Assembly (NCBI GenBank): GCA_026026165.1
Contig: JAPEUD010000049.1
Span: forward strand, 62,001-126,000
Source of the DNA: Sarea resinae
Taxonomy: Eukaryota
Length of the DNA: 64,000 bases
Direction: 5' to 3'
A program made the position numbers and the translations under genes. Below, one piece after another: positions 47,892-62,445 of this stretch (position 1 is the first letter of the stretch; each line of letters begins with the position of its first letter). The notes beneath the pieces are model-generated. The model saw only the letters and a program-made list of their open reading frames with translations, did not search any database and had not been told where the DNA came from.

Positions 47892-50800
47892 TCAGAAGCC
47901 AGATGGCGATGTGAGACCAGGGATAGAGAAAGGCCGCGGTCCACCAAAAGCAGGCATGCTGTTCCCAGGCACAGGGCTTCCGATTTCACCTGGTCCCGGC
48001 CCGAAAGCAGACCGACCACCAAAAGAGCCTCCAGATTCCTCCTCGTACTTGACAAGAACCTGCTCGGGGGACTTTCCATCTTGATCTAGAGTGAAATAAC
48101 CTCCACCGTTTTGAGCATCACCTTCCGTCTCGCAAATATCAAGGACCTCTTTCAGATGCACTGATGGCTCGTTCGCCGGACGTAGTTGGTTCACCCGGTC
48201 GAGAATATTCTGGGCAGTCTGGAAGCCACTCTTATTGGTAGAGGCCAACTGCTTACAGGCGGTGCAAGTCATAAGTCGGATAGATACAGGCCGAGAGGCA
48301 TTCGCGCGGTTAGGCCCACCAATAATCCCGAAAGCGTTGTTATTCGCCCATCCCGAACCTGCAGATCGTTAGACATAGTTAGTCGAAGATGAGAAGGATG
48401 ACAAACCAGGAGCACTTGAAGACGGTGGAGTGCCCGACATATCAGGAGCTCCAAACGGCGTAGGAGGCGCTCCCCATCCCCATTGATTTCTTGGACCGCT
48501 CTGGGCTCCCAGACCGAAGCTGTTCATTTTCGCTGGTGGAGACATTAGCTTCAAGCGATCAGGTAATAGCAAAGATGTGAACTTACAGCCAGAGGGTTCC
48601 GAGAATAACGGGGACGAAGAGAATCCAAGACCGGGCGTTCGATGTGCTCCGGGAGCTGCACTGCCTCGCCGAGTATCTGCGGCATCCCCAGCGAATGGCT
48701 CATCCGTATCGTCTAAGAGAGCACTGCTGCCAAGATGGTTGCTAAGATCATCGACATCAGTCTGCGTCCGACGATTCTCTTCCCCTCGTTGTTGAGGTGC
48801 AACACTAGAGGGACGCTGTATGGGAGTGGGGCGTGCGATAGGTTGCGCTTGTGATGAGGGAGCCGGTATCTCGAAACTGGGCTTCTCGAAAGTTGCGGAT
48901 TGCTGTCTAGAGTGAGAATGCGAGGGCATAGTGTCTCGTGTCATGCCATAATGATTGCCGACGGTCGACGGTCCCATAACGTTGGATATCTGATTGGAAA
49001 TTCCAGGTGGCGGGCCTTCCATGTGGAGGCCACGACCTTGGGACATATTGCGAGCCCCATTGATGCCAGGCGGAGGAGGCATGCCATTAGGATTTGAGTA
49101 CTGACGAAACGGTGGGCCAATGGGACCTTGCTGATGAGGGAAAAGAGGACCATCGTGTCCCATCAGCCCTCGTGTCAGTCCGGCCATCATAGGAGCTTGG
49201 CTCATGGGGAAACCAGCCGAACCAAGCGGTAGCATGTTCGAGAGACCTGGGCCGGGTTGATGCAAACCACCAGGAAGGCCTAAAGACGGCATCGGAGAAA
49301 CGGATTGCGGATGCTGCAGTTGAGATGGTTGATTTGGGGCTTTCCCACCTGGACCTACAGGACCTAGACCGGTTTGTTGAGGCCCAGTTATGCTTGGTGA
49401 TGGCGCCTGACTCGATCCTAGTAGAGCTTGAGGAGTCTTGGGGGAAGAAGCATGGGATCCTTGCTGGGAGGCGCGTCGGGGACGGACAGGTGTTGGTGCT
49501 TTTGGAATCACGGGGGTCGCAACTTGAGGATGAGGAGAAGGAAACGAAGAGGGTGCGGGTTGTAGGCTGGCAGGTAACGGGATTGAAAGCGGTTGCTGAG
49601 ATCGTTTAGAAGCCCCGTGTGTGGCTTGAGAGGTCGAGTGAGAATTTTGCTCTTCCTTCTTGGCTCGATCCTTGGCTTCCTTGGGGGCTTTTGCTCTTGC
49701 TTCCCGCTCTTTGCGTTCCTTATCTTCCCGCTCTTTCCTCTCCTTGACCTCTTTTTCCTTTGCTTCCCGTTCTTCTCTCTCTCTCCGCTTCGCCTCCTCC
49801 CGCTTCTTCTTTTCCCGCTCTTTCTGCTCCCGCTGCTTGCGCTCTGCTTCGGCCTGTCGTTCACGCTCTTCTTGTAGTCTCTTCTGCTTCTCAGCCTCCT
49901 TTCTTTGCCGCTCCTCTTCCAACGCTTTCCGTTCCGCCTCCTTCTTCCGCCGCTGCTCCTCTTTCTTCTGTCTCAGCTCTTCCTGTTTCTTCTCCTCAAT
50001 AGCCCGGAGAGCCGCTTCTTCGGCAGCTTTCTCGGCTTCCTTTCGGGCTTTCTCCTCTTCCTTCGCTTGTTTCTGTTGCCGTTTCTTGTCCTTTCGCTTC
50101 TGGGCTTCGCGAGCCTTCTTCGCCTCTCGTTGAACGTCGAGTCGAGATTCCTCCTCGAGTTCTTCCAGGAGCTTTTGTTGCCTCTCGCGCGCGACCTTTT
50201 CACGATAAGCAGTCAGGACTCGTTGTTCGAACATTCGTGCGGCGAATATCTGGAACATGCGACGACCCTCTTCCATTCGCTGCTCTTCGGTCATGGTGTC
50301 CTAGATAAAAGTTAGCGAGCGTGACTTCTCTTTCTACCGCATATCTAACCATTTCATCGTCATCGAACTCTTCGTCCTCCTCTTGACTATCGTACTCGTC
50401 TTCCTCATCATCGTACTCCTCGTCGTCGGGCAATGGACCATGGTTATGGCCTGCGTGGGAATGCTGCATGCCCATGGATTGGTGCGCCAGTCCAGAGGCG
50501 GCGGCGTATTGGGCTTCCTCTTCTCGCTGCATTCGACGCTCTGCCAGTTGCTCCATCATTTCGATGAACTTTTTCCCATCGTTTTTTAAGAGATCGTCTG
50601 CGACTGTGAGAATTCCACCTGCTTGACCTTAGCCTCAATTCCTCGCTGAATGCCAGATTATCTGGCCAGATTCACTACGACAAACCTTGTACGGTCAGAC
50701 TATTCCCAAAATTGAAGAAATCAGCAGCTGGTCCCCGCGGCTCCTCCGGCTCCTCGTCGCTGTAGTCTTCTTCCTCATCCTCTTCATCACTATACTCCTC

Positions 50801-51787
50801 ATCGTCTCCCTCATCCTCGTCGTCGTCGGCTAATTCTTGTATCCTGCCTCTTGATGATTGCGGTGGATGCATCAGAGGAGGCATCCGATCAGGTGGTAAT
50901 CTTCCCAGAGACGGGCCGAAGCGTCCCGGTGGGGGCATGATCGGTGCTCCGTCTTCGAGTCGGGTTTGTTGGTGATTGGCGTACTGCTCGAGTTCCTCGT
51001 AATAGGCATCATAAAGGACCTCCAACTCTTCTTCGATTGCCGTTCGCTTTCGGCCACAGACCGTGCAGCTGCATGAATGCTTCTGCTGTTCCTTCATCTT
51101 GCGCAGGACGGCTTCCTTTTCGACTTTGACCAAAGAGCGACGATCTTCTTCGCCCAGAGATAACCAAAAGTCCTTGATTCGCTCTCTCTCCTCCTGGGTC
51201 GACGTGTTCCAAATGCGGTCGCGTGAGATGCCATGAGATGGGCGTAAGGCAGAGGTGGATAATGGCGGCGGGGGTGGGGGTGGAAGCGGAGCCTGTGAGG
51301 AGGATGTCGCCGACATGGGGGTTGATGTGGCTCTTGAGTGCGGAGGTGGAAGATCATTCAACGCGTTCTTACCCTTCTTCTTCTTCTTTGACTTCTTTCC
51401 CAAAGCGGGTCTGGACGCGTGTCCATTGGTCTGGTCGGACCCCAGGTCATACGAATTCTGGCGTATCCGTCCTTCCTCGTCCGTGTAGTACATATCCTCG
51501 CCTTCGGCCGGTTCGAACTGATCCAGATCCTCGCCATCGGCATTCGCAAAGTGCGTGCCGGGCCGGGTCGTGCGCGAATGGAATGCGCCATCATCCTGTT
51601 GACTTCCTTGGCGGGACAGACCCTCGGGCATGTCGTCGTGAGCCAGACCTTGCTCTGCGGCTAGCCGAGCAGCTTGCTTCTGGCGCCTCTTCTGCTTCTT
51701 TCGATTGCCCGGTCCGACGACGGCGTTGCCCGCTGTGTTTGCCTGTTCACCATTCACGGCCGTGGGACCTCTCGATCCCTGGGCCAT
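47892..51787 (-). CDS. NST1: Stress response protein Nst1 (5' end uncertain)
   Basis: [83 protein letters not shown] and [20 protein letters not shown], then a long charged coiled coil and LGSSALLDD. Confidence 0.92.
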
Positions 51788-52572
51788 GTTTGCTGTGCCG
51801 CTTCTGTCAGGCTGCACCGCTAGAAGACAGTCGAGCAAGCATCCGCCCGCGTGCAAAAAGCGTCGAGATCAACGGCTGGGTTCCGGGGAGGAGGGGTGTC
51901 AAGATGAAAACACTCCAGCAGATTCGACTGCTCGGTCGTGGTACAACGAGTGACGGTGAAGCCAGAGGATTCGCCCCTCTCGTGGCTGCAGCTCGAGATG
52001 AGGAGGCTGCCAAGGCGAGTACGAGTCCGAGGTCGGGCGTGTTGATGAGGATGCAAGGTACGACGTAGTCGAGATAAAGAGGGTCGGGGTGGATGTACGA
52101 CGGAGGATTCGAGGTTGGGGACTTCGGAGGAAGGAAGAACGGCTTCGGTGGTGTTCGTCAGTCGGGTGCGTGGTGGTGAATGTCGTGGGCATAGGCCTTC
52201 TGACGGGGAGTGCAGGCTGTCAAGGGCTGTCTCTGCTCGTCTCGGTGTCTGTCTTTCTCATCGCTCGGCGGAGGAGTGACTGGAGCGATGAATGAATGAA
52301 TATGGTGGTGAACCTGCCAGCCCTTGCCGAGCCAATCAGCGGGGCGGGATCCGAGTGGCAGGCCTGTCGTTGCTTCCGTGTGAGGCCTGTCGGCCGAGTA
52401 CCAGCCCGGAAGTCGACTGCCGCGGCCATGCGGTGGCGGGGTACTGACATCGAGGTACCACGGTGCCTCGGGGCTTAGTAATCGTGATGGCGGCCGGGAA
52501 AGGGAAGTACGAATACTCTACTCTGAGTACTGCAGCTGAAGACTTCAAGTTCATGATGTCTGCCTGGTGCTC

Positions 52573-52648
52573 TGATGATGAGCTTGATGATGATGAACTT
52601 GATGATGATGAACTTGATGATGATGAACTTGATGATGATGATGATGAT
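52573..52648. repeat. (GATGATGATGAACTT)n minisatellite / (GAT)n
   Basis: About four 15-bp units followed by (GAT)n in the NST1-RHO2 intergenic region. Confidence 0.85.
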
Positions 52649-54040
52649 CACGATGCTGATCCCTCTCCTGAAGTACATTAAATAATTAAATGCCATGGAA
52701 ACTCACTCCTGCACAGCATCCGATCATGATCAATGGCGCTACTCCACTCCATCGCTCGACGTCTCCGTCTCCGTCTGTCGTGCCCCAAACAGCATCCGCT
52801 TCCTATTTGATCGAGGTCCATTGGATCTCCTTGGTGTGACGGACGGGACGAAGCTGAAGGATCATGGACTTGGATGGATCTCTACGTAATTGACCGTCCC
52901 TCGTATTCCGTCGTCGTCAAGTGTCCACGCCCAAAATAAATAAATCGGCTCGTATTCGGTCATCTCGCGCTGCCGCCACAGCCACACAGCCCGCCCACCG
53001 GCGAGCATCCGAATAGGAGTCTATTCCCAAGAGATACGTGCTTCTGCCCTTTTCGACCCCCAAAGTCAATTAGCTTGAAGCCGTTTCATTATGATTATTA
53101 TTATTAGCCATATGGCCCTCCAGATTCTTCTGGACCCGGTTACTCTGCTACCGAGTACACTCACAAGGCGACGGAGGTGCACCCGTTTAGAGTCTCGTGG
53201 TGGCCGCATTCTACTCCCTCTCCGGCGTATGATGCAGCATTTCCTAATCCAACCTAGACGGCGCAGCTCTCCCTCCTCTAAGCCTTCTCAGGCCATTCGC
53301 TACCGTCTTTCCATCAGAATTATTGGCAATAAGATCCATTGATCGAGATACCTCCCAATACGACCGATACGGCATGCTACGTAGTCTACGCCAGATACCT
53401 CCAGCTGCTACCGATCCGCCTAACCCCGACGTGTACCTCAGGGTATTGACATCCAATGCAATCCCGCATCCCGCATCGGTCCTCCAGCTGTCTCCATTCT
53501 CTCTCGACGACGGGAGTAGAAGTACTCGTATACTCAACTCACCCTCTCACCTGGCACCTCGCACCTCGCACCTCGCACCTCCAGTCACTTCCACTCTCAC
53601 TTCCACTTTCACTTGGCATCCATCGTATAAGATCTCGACTAAACCACACAATTCTCCTCCCTCGATCGTATTCTTCCCACAGACGCATTCATCTCACCCC
53701 AAGCCATCACGATTGTTTCACACTCGCTCCGTCTGCTGCCATCATCGTCATCGTCAGCTCATCCACATTCACTCGCATCGCTTGAATTCGGCATTCCCGC
53801 AGTTGCGCTCCTCCAACCTCCAATTCTCGTTCCAGCGGACCCGATCCCGTTCCAATCTTCTCGCCTGCCTCGATTGAAGAACATCGACCTTGACGCGGTT
53901 TGCACCAGGTCCTCGGAAGGCAGGCAAGGCGGAGGGGCCTCATACCGGTCAGAAGGACGGTCGGTTGATTTCCCGAGTGCGGAAGACGAGACGGGACACG
54001 CTCATCGCCAGTTAAGCCCTAGGACAGTTCTGCGGCAAAC

Positions 54041-55245
54041 ATGGCTCAACAGCCAGCTCAGAATGTCATGCGAAGGTACGTTGGGGAGGGAGTCTTGCGT
54101 CTCGTGCCGCAATTCCCCTTGGAACTTTCAAATTGATGTTGTGTCTTGACTGTCATCTGGTGGAGAGCCATTGGCCTGGGCATCCATTCGATTCATGCGC
54201 AGGTGATTTTTACCGTCCTCATTGCCTCTGGACGAAAAAGCTAGCCTGCTTGCTTCATGATCGATTACCCTGTGCCGGCCATGGCAATCTGTCTCCATTC
54301 CGCTTATTGTTTCCCTGTCCGATGGTACCTGCTGTTGTTCTGCCGTTACGTGCATACATACATATGCAATGCATGATTCCCCATGTTCTATTTTGGGCAA
54401 GAAGATTGAATTGTTCCCGTTGCCACCTGCAAAGCCGCATCACAGCCCTGTTTTGGCGACAGCCCGGCAGCTTCTTCAGCCTTTGTCTCACTTCGATTTC
54501 TTCTGAGCGAATTGAATCTTTCAATAACACATGCGCTGACGTTTCCTTGTCCGAGCTAGGAAATTAGTCATTATCGGAGACGGTGCTTGCGGAAAAACAA
54601 GTTTGCTCAGTGTTTTCACGTTAGGGTATTTTCCAACAGTAAGTGATGGGCACGACGTTTCATCGAAAGCACACTAACGGGCCAACTTCAGCATTATGTG
54701 CCCACCGTCTTCGAGAACTACGTCACAGATTGTAGAGTCGATGGCAAGTCGGTGCAGCTGGCATTATGGGATACGGCTGGCCAAGAAGACTACGAACGAC
54801 TCCGACCGTTAGCATACTCGAAAGCACATGTAATCCTCATCGGATTTTCCGTCGATTCCCCCGACTCACTAGACAACGTCAAACACAAGGTTCGACCTCT
54901 TCCTTCGTCTCGGAGTTTTGAATCGTTGTACTAATAACGACGCTCGCTCGACAGTGGGTAGAAGAAGCACAAGAGCGATGCCCAGGCGTGCCCATTATCC
55001 TCGTAGGTCTCAAGAAGGACCTCAGAGAAGACCCGCTCGCGATCGAAGAAATGCGCAAGAAGTCCCTTCACTTCGTCACGACGAAAGATGCAAGCGACTC
55101 CGCTCATGAGATTGGTGCCCGCAAGTATCTCGAATGTTCGTCACTGACGGGTGAGGGAGTCGATGATGTGTTCGAGGCTGCCACGAGGGCTGCCCTGCTT
55201 ACGTTTGAGCGGGGCGAGGGCACTGGCTGCTGTGTTATTTTGTAA
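54041..55245 (+). CDS. RHO2: Rho2 small GTPase; exon 1 54041-54075, 484-nt first intron, then exons from 54560
   Basis: [70 protein letters not shown], and a CCVIL CAAX box. Confidence 0.95.
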
Positions 55246-56504
55246 GATGTCGTATCCGTGCTATGTGATGCGATGATATTCACCTTGGAGAAATGCATTA
55301 CGGAGAAGGATTAGAAGGCGACATACACGCGTTTTGTCCCATTCCACTGGGTAGGATATCTAATCGGTACCCCCTGCTTTCCTATTCATCTTTCCCTTCT
55401 CTTTCCTCCGCTTTCTTTTTACTACCCCTCTTCTGCGCAACTTGACGACCATGATACCGCACTATTCCATGCGATGCAATGCGATACGGTAGGAAAAGCG
55501 AGTTCTGTCTTGGCCTCATCATTCTCCTAGTTGATTGATCCGCCGTCCCTATCATGTTTCTTCTGGTACTTCATCGGGCCTAACTGTCTGCGTATTCTGT
55601 TTTTCCTGGTTCGCGGGACTTGAGCTTTGTTTTGTTCTGCTGCTTTCTTCTAACATCTGGTTCTATACCATCTGTCTTGTCTCTAAGACCCTCGATACAC
55701 ACCCACACTTTGCCGTCGTCTCGTCTCCTCGTTCTCATTCTCTCGTCATCCTACTCCTCTGTTCGAGTTGGGGCAGTAACTCAAGCCCTTCCGAACATTC
55801 TCTTGACCGATTGCTTGACGTCGCTCTCCCAATCCTCGTCCTCGTCTACTCATCTGCTCGTCCCTTCACTACATCTGATCTCCTCATCTCCTCATCTCGG
55901 GTCCATCTCCTTACCCTCTCATACGCCTCCCGCCTTCGAATTCTGCGTGTGTGTGTGCGCGTGCATGTGCATGATAAAAAGGTGTTTTTGTCTTTTGTCC
56001 GTTCGTTCGTTCGTTCGTCCGTTCCTCCATCCTGGAACTCGTGGTCCCTTTCTCTCTGCTGCAACTGTACCCGCGCTGCCTACCAACCGACCAATCAGCT
56101 TACACGATACGCGATTTCCGTGGTTCGTGGGCCGTGGATCTAGATGGAGAATCAATAATGAACATGATACCCCATTGCATCTTATATATATTGTATTGTA
56201 TAGTATTATTATCCTCAGAAAAGATATCGAAAGAGACGAAGAAGGAGGAAGAAAAAGGAGAACATGTAAATGTGCATGTGCATGTGATATGAAGGTCCTC
56301 TTGAATAACATACACCGGATACAAGCTAAGCTATCTGTTGACCCTCTCCTTTGCCCCGTCCATCCACGCATCTACAATTTCCCCCGTCCCATCTCGAGAA
56401 GTCGAACGAAAGCGTACATGCATAGGATACTCCCCCTTCTCTTGCCTTTTTCATCCCATCCCATCCCGTCTCTATCTCCAACCACACCCATCAAGCCACC
56501 AACC

Positions 56505-57202
56505 CTACCTCTCCCACCCGACATTCCACCCGCCCTTTGCCGGCCACTCGGTCTGCACGCGCGCATACTCGACGGGCACCCCGGCATAGATGCCCTTCTT
56601 GGTCATGGCGACGCGGAACAAGCGGCCGCCGTCGCCGGCGCCCGTGCGCAGCTCCTCGCACGCCGCGCTCATGCTGTTGTAGACGCGTTCCAGCTCGGCC
56701 TGCTCGTGGGCGCGCTGCGTCGCCCGGTACAGGTTGTAGGCGCGGTGGATGGTCCAGTGGCGCAGCGAGCGGAGACGCGAGAATCGTAGCGGGCGCGGCG
56801 GGCGCGGGTGTTGGAGGTGGTAGCGGAGGAGTGCTGTTTTTTTTCGGATATTAGTGATCGGGAGAGGTCGAAAGAGGAAGCGGGAGAAGGGGAAGAAGGG
56901 GAAGGAGGAGGAAGAGGGCGGAATGGAGAGAAGGGACTCGTACTGATTCGTGGATCTTTCTTGTCGTTGGGGTGTTTCTTGCGCGCCAGAGCCGGTGACG
57001 ACGTCGAGAATGCTGCTGCTGCTGCTGCGGTTGCTGTGGGGCCTGCGGCTGTCTGTCTTTGCATTGCGGATGCGCTGCTGCGCGGGATGATGGTCGAGGA
57101 CGGTCGAAGACAAGGGAGGAGCGATGAGGAGGCTGGAGACTGATGCGAGAGTGGCAGACGGAATGTCCGTTGTAGGGAATTGAGGATCCGCGTTGGCTGC
57201 AT
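56505..57202 (-). CDS. MRPL28: Mitochondrial large-subunit ribosomal protein (fungal MrpL28/mL40 family), 1 intron
   Basis: Arg/Ser-rich presequence ending FSTSSPALA, then DPRI-TLLRYHL..PRPLRFSRLRSLRHWTIHRA..ELER.YNSM..ACEEL..RLFR.AM..VPVEYARVQTEWP...WN..W. Confidence 0.8.
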
Positions 57203-57787
57203 GTTGAAGGTTTTGTGATGTGTTGCGGCCGGGGGAAGAGGGCGTGTGGAAGAAGGATGGGGGAGAAGGTGATGGTGACCGGAGACAGAGAGACGGAAGC
57301 CGGGACTTGAGGTTAATGAATTGGGCTCCCGTGGTCTAATCGATGGCGGTGATGTCGGTGATGGTTATGGTGATGATGATGATATCTGGAGCTGAAGACT
57401 CGGGATCACGACTTTTTGGGCCTTGGTTTGGAGTGAATTCGGAGGAGAGATTACGGCTGTCGAAGCCATCACTTGCGCATCTACAGATGCTATACTGGCG
57501 GTAGTACCAAGCCGTATTTACCCTTACGAGCTCAGGTTCCATCAGATAAGGAGATAAGGTACGATGCGAAGGGACACGTCTCTAGGGGCTCCCGCTCCGT
57601 ACGTTGTACTATGTATGTCCTCGACGATACAGCTCCAGCTCCAGTTCGGACTTGAACCTCAACTTCAACTTCAACTCCAACGTCAACGTCAACGTCAAAC
57701 GCACACACCACACTCATTCATCCTTTGAACTAAACATTCTCCCTGTCCTCTCCTTTGGTTTTATTTTCCTTTCTTTCGCTTCGATAA

Positions 57788-58869
<1,082 letters not shown>

Positions 58870-59595
58870 AGATTCTGGAGCTTTTTTCTCTTTCGGAAGG
58901 ACATGTCTCTTCCGCATGATTTGTCTCTCTATCTCTCAGCCATGTTCCGTGTGGCATTTTCTATCCCTCGAATGTTTGCTTGACTGCGTACGCAAAGTCT
59001 GGGGGGAAAAGGGGGGACCTCGGTATCTGTCTCTGTCTCTGTCTCTGTATCTATCCATACCTGTAGTTGTATCCGTCTACCTACCCCTTGTCCCCACAAC
59101 TCCTCTTCTGGATCTCTTGCAGCCGAGCTCAGACCCTGGCTCCGCGAACCATGGCCCGTCGTTCCCCATCTATCATCATAGATGGTGATCGGAAGACGCG
59201 ATATAGCTGCGGCAGTTGGCATCAGCGAATCAGCTTTGGTGAACTTGGCAGTCGGACCGCCCTGTCCCAAAGGTTAATCAATTGCCGAGCCTCAGCGGTT
59301 TGGGCGGGGGGGGGGGGGGGGTTTCATGTTCGTTATGCAGCCGCGAATGCACGGTCGGATGATGTTGATAGCTGAGCGTATCGTGGCAGGACAAGTCGTG
59401 AAAGGGGAGCTTGAGGCGCTGATCCTTGTGCCGCTGCTACTGCTACTGCTACTGCTACTGCTACTGCTGCTGCCATTGTTGCTAGGCAGCCTCGTGATGT
59501 CCCGGCACCGGGTCTGATGGGCCTATAGCTTCTATCTGTCCTGGCTCCAGCCGTATGTACCATGTTGAGCACAGACCTTTGGATGCGAGAGAAGC

Positions 59596-59700
59596 GCAAG
59601 GCAAGGTAAGGCAAAATAAGGTAAGGTAAGGTAAGGTAAGGTAAGGTAAGGTAAGGTAAGGTAAGGTAAGGTAAGGTAAGACAAGACAAGGCAAGACAAG
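59596..59700. repeat. (GTAAG)n pentanucleotide microsatellite
   Basis: Twelve perfect units at 59621-59680 with degenerate GCAAG/ACAAG flanks. Confidence 0.92.
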
Positions 59701-60358
59701 CTCACACGAGTTTCCGTAGAGGCCCATTCTTCTGAAATGCCTGGGTCTGGGTCTGGAGCGTATTGTTTTCTTTCGCGTTTCGGCGTTCCTGGGAAGGGTA
59801 GATAGATAGATAAGGTAGATAGATCGATAGATAGATACAGGAGGAGGGATATTGAACCAAATGACTCCTCGGGGTCCTCTCTTCTCTAAGGTACCTACCT
59901 ATCAGTGGCAGGATAGGCTCTCTCAATGGCAGAATAGCAAGGGCAATCACTCGTCAAAACGGCAATGGAACAAGGCGCGTATTTCCTCTTCATGTTAGGA
60001 GGCCTAGGGAGATTCTAGCTTGAGCTATTTACTTGAGTCTGACTTGAATTTCCGTGGACGAGTCCGTCCGTAGATGCCATGCATACGCTTTATATACTCC
60101 CAGGTTGAGTTGAGCTGCTTTCCATCCTCCTTTCGCCACTATAGCCATTTATCGCCACCATCATCATCGCCGTCATCATCATCATCGTCGTCGTCGTCGT
60201 CGTCGTCGTCGTCCAGCCAAAAGAGAAAAAGATTTAGAGAGAAAATGAAAAGCAAAAACTCCATGACGAAGGTATCAAGTCTAGATACATAGATGTCCCG
60301 AAACCCCCGTTGCCGCCCCCGGGTCCCAGTCGAACGCAAGCAAGGACAGAAGCAAAAA

Positions 60359-62074
60359 TCAAGGCCTGACGAGTCTCTTGCTCCGCTTATCGTAGTCCAG
60401 GACTCTCCGCTCGCGATGGCTCTGCGCGACTTTCCACCGGCAGTAGAGTGTGATGGCGTCCTTGAGGACGACGAACAGGCAGCCGCCAACGAGACTGCGG
60501 CCCCATCGGGACTGCAGGAGACCGCGCCGCGACGAGGAGCCGCCCCCGACACCTGCTGCTGCGGCGGTGGCGGCGGCGGCGGCGGCGGCGAGCGAAGGTG
60601 GGGGTGACGAGGTCCATGATTTTGGCAGGCCCAGCTCCAGCAGGAAGCCCATGAGCGCCGAAACGCCCGGGAGGGCCAAGGCGCCGAGCACCGAGTTCGT
60701 GGTGCGGTAGAGGGATTGGATTGTCAGGTCGTCGCGGCGCATTGGGGGCGCCGCCGCTGCTGCTGCTGGGGCCGGGCGGGCGTTTTCGTCTCCAGCCGCG
60801 CCGCGTCGTCGTACGGCCTGCTCGTTCTCCGCTGCTGCTGCTTCTTCTTCGACTTGTTCCTCGTCTTCTTCGCGCACGATCTCGACGTTGATGTCGACAA
60901 GGATGCCAGCTTCGTCGTCGTCGGCTGCCCGGTTGTCGTTTCGATTCCCGATGAGCTCGCCGTCGAGTTCGCGCGCGTTGGGCCGGATCTGCTTCATCCA
61001 CTCGCGCTCCATCTGGCCAAACAGTCGCTCGTAGACGTCGTTGTAGAGGGATTTGATGAACGGCAGCATCGCAAACGACGTCGTTGCGCTCGGCGGCCAT
61101 CGGAGCGCCTCCGTAATGTCGCCCGTCGTGCTCTGCGTCACCCACAGCAGGACCGGGATCATCGGGAGTAGATGATCGGCGATGGAGGTGCGGCTGTAGA
61201 TCAGCACCACGGGCAGAAGGGGCAGACTGAGCCCGAGATGCACATTCCACTCGCGCATGCTCTGCGGACCGGGGATGGGCAGGTGCAGCCCCCTCTGCGC
61301 GAAGAAGAACGAGTCCCAGGTCCGCTCTGCCGGGTCGCCGTACCCGCGCAGGATATATTCGCCGTCCTGCTCGCCGAAGACGAGGTAGATGGCACTGATG
61401 CCGTAGACGAGGCTCCCTGCCCACAGACCACCGCCGATAGCCAGTAGCACGGCGGGGACTTGAAGGCGTTGTGTCGTTTTCTCAATGACGCGCACGATGC
61501 GCTCGACGACGCTTCGGGAGCGCACGACCACAATCTCGGATTTGCATTGCGGGCAGAAGATCTTTTTCGGGACCGTGGTATCGCTGAGGACGCTCGGCTC
61601 TTCCATGTCGGAGAGCCAGTCCAAAAGACAGGATTCGTGGGCCGTCAGCACGCACGGACATGGCGTGCGCCATTCCGACGAGTTTCCTAGCTCGTCAGTT
61701 TCTTCTTCTAGACAGATCCAGCATCTGCGGGGTTCTGAATCTTCAGACCGCGGCTGTGTAGATGTTGAGGGTTGCTGATGTTGCTGCTGTTGCTGCTTCT
61801 GCTTCTGTTTCCCCTCTGAGGGGGTTGCCGGCGCCTCGGATGACGACAAGTCGTTGAGATAGACCCTCTGAGATTCATCCGATCTCGAATACGATGGCGG
61901 TGATTTGGAGGTATTATTATCGGATAGATGGGAGTCTGGCTGCTGTGGTTGTGGTGGCGGCTGTGGCGGCGGAGACGCTGATGTGGACGAGGCCTCTTGG
62001 TCCGAAAGCGGCTGCGGCGGCGGAGGAGGCCTTCGACCTTGCGAAGCCGATGTGCGTGGCGGAATGGATGCCAT
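60359..62074 (-). CDS. RING-CH (C4HC3) membrane E3 ubiquitin ligase, MARCH5-like, single exon
   Basis: CWIC..PCPC..AHESCLLDW..CPQC followed by several hydrophobic segments and a C-terminal RSLVGGCLFVVLKDAITLY..RRVLDY. Confidence 0.8.
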   Translation of the reverse strand: MASIPPRTSASQGRRPPPPPQPLSDQEASSTSASPPPQPPPQPQQPDSHLSDNNTSKSPPSYSRSDESQRVYLNDLSSSEAPATPSEGKQKQKQQQQQHQQPSTSTQPRSEDSEPRRCWICLEEETDELGNSSEWRTPCPCVLTAHESCLLDWLSDMEEPSVLSDTTVPKKIFCPQCKSEIVVVRSRSVVERIVRVIEKTTQRLQVPAVLLAIGGGLWAGSLVYGISAIYLVFGEQDGEYILRGYGDPAERTWDSFFFAQRGLHLPIPGPQSMREWNVHLGLSLPLLPVVLIYSRTSIADHLLPMIPVLLWVTQSTTGDITEALRWPPSATTSFAMLPFIKSLYNDVYERLFGQMEREWMKQIRPNARELDGELIGNRNDNRAADDDEAGILVDINVEIVREEDEEQVEEEAAAAENEQAVRRRGAAGDENARPAPAAAAAAPPMRRDDLTIQSLYRTTNSVLGALALPGVSALMGFLLELGLPKSWTSSPPPSLAAAAAAATAAAAGVGGGSSSRRGLLQSRWGRSLVGGCLFVVLKDAITLYCRWKVAQSHRERRVLDYDKRSKRLVRP

Positions 62075-62445
62075 CACATCAGATGAGTGGAAGACGGCCT
62101 TGTGGGAATTGGAGTTGCTGTCGTTGACGTACTCATCCGAGTCGAGAAGGATTCATGGCATAGCGGAGGGCCATGAACGAACAGCAAGCAGAGAGCAGCC
62201 AGGTGAGTCCGTTGTCTGTTGATCGTCCGATAGATCCATTGGGATGCGCCAGTGATCAGCGACGGCCGAGGCCGAGGGAGGCGGCTATCCGTTTAAGCGA
62301 GGCGAGCCGCCTAATCGATAAGTTCCTCGATCCGGCACGAACGCTGGCAGATCACAGAACAACACCAAAGATGCTGCAGTAAGCAAGAGGCATTCTGCAT
62401 TCTGGTGAATCACTTCAAGTAGCATCAACACCATCATGCCGTCCA

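Noticed and set aside
52463..52681. Small acidic ORF (DDDEL)n
   Set aside because: Translation artefact of a GAT-based minisatellite.
55535..56789. 389-aa and 202-aa ORFs downstream of RHO2
   Set aside because: Pyrimidine-rich low-complexity 3' region read through by chance, partly antisense to MRPL28, with no ATG-led protein-like composition.
57541..57549. Perfect ATCAGATAA between MRPL28 and DPM1
   Set aside because: It has no iron-related neighbour and lacks the GAGCGG extension. It could be chance, and it is a reminder that single GATA boxes are weak evidence.
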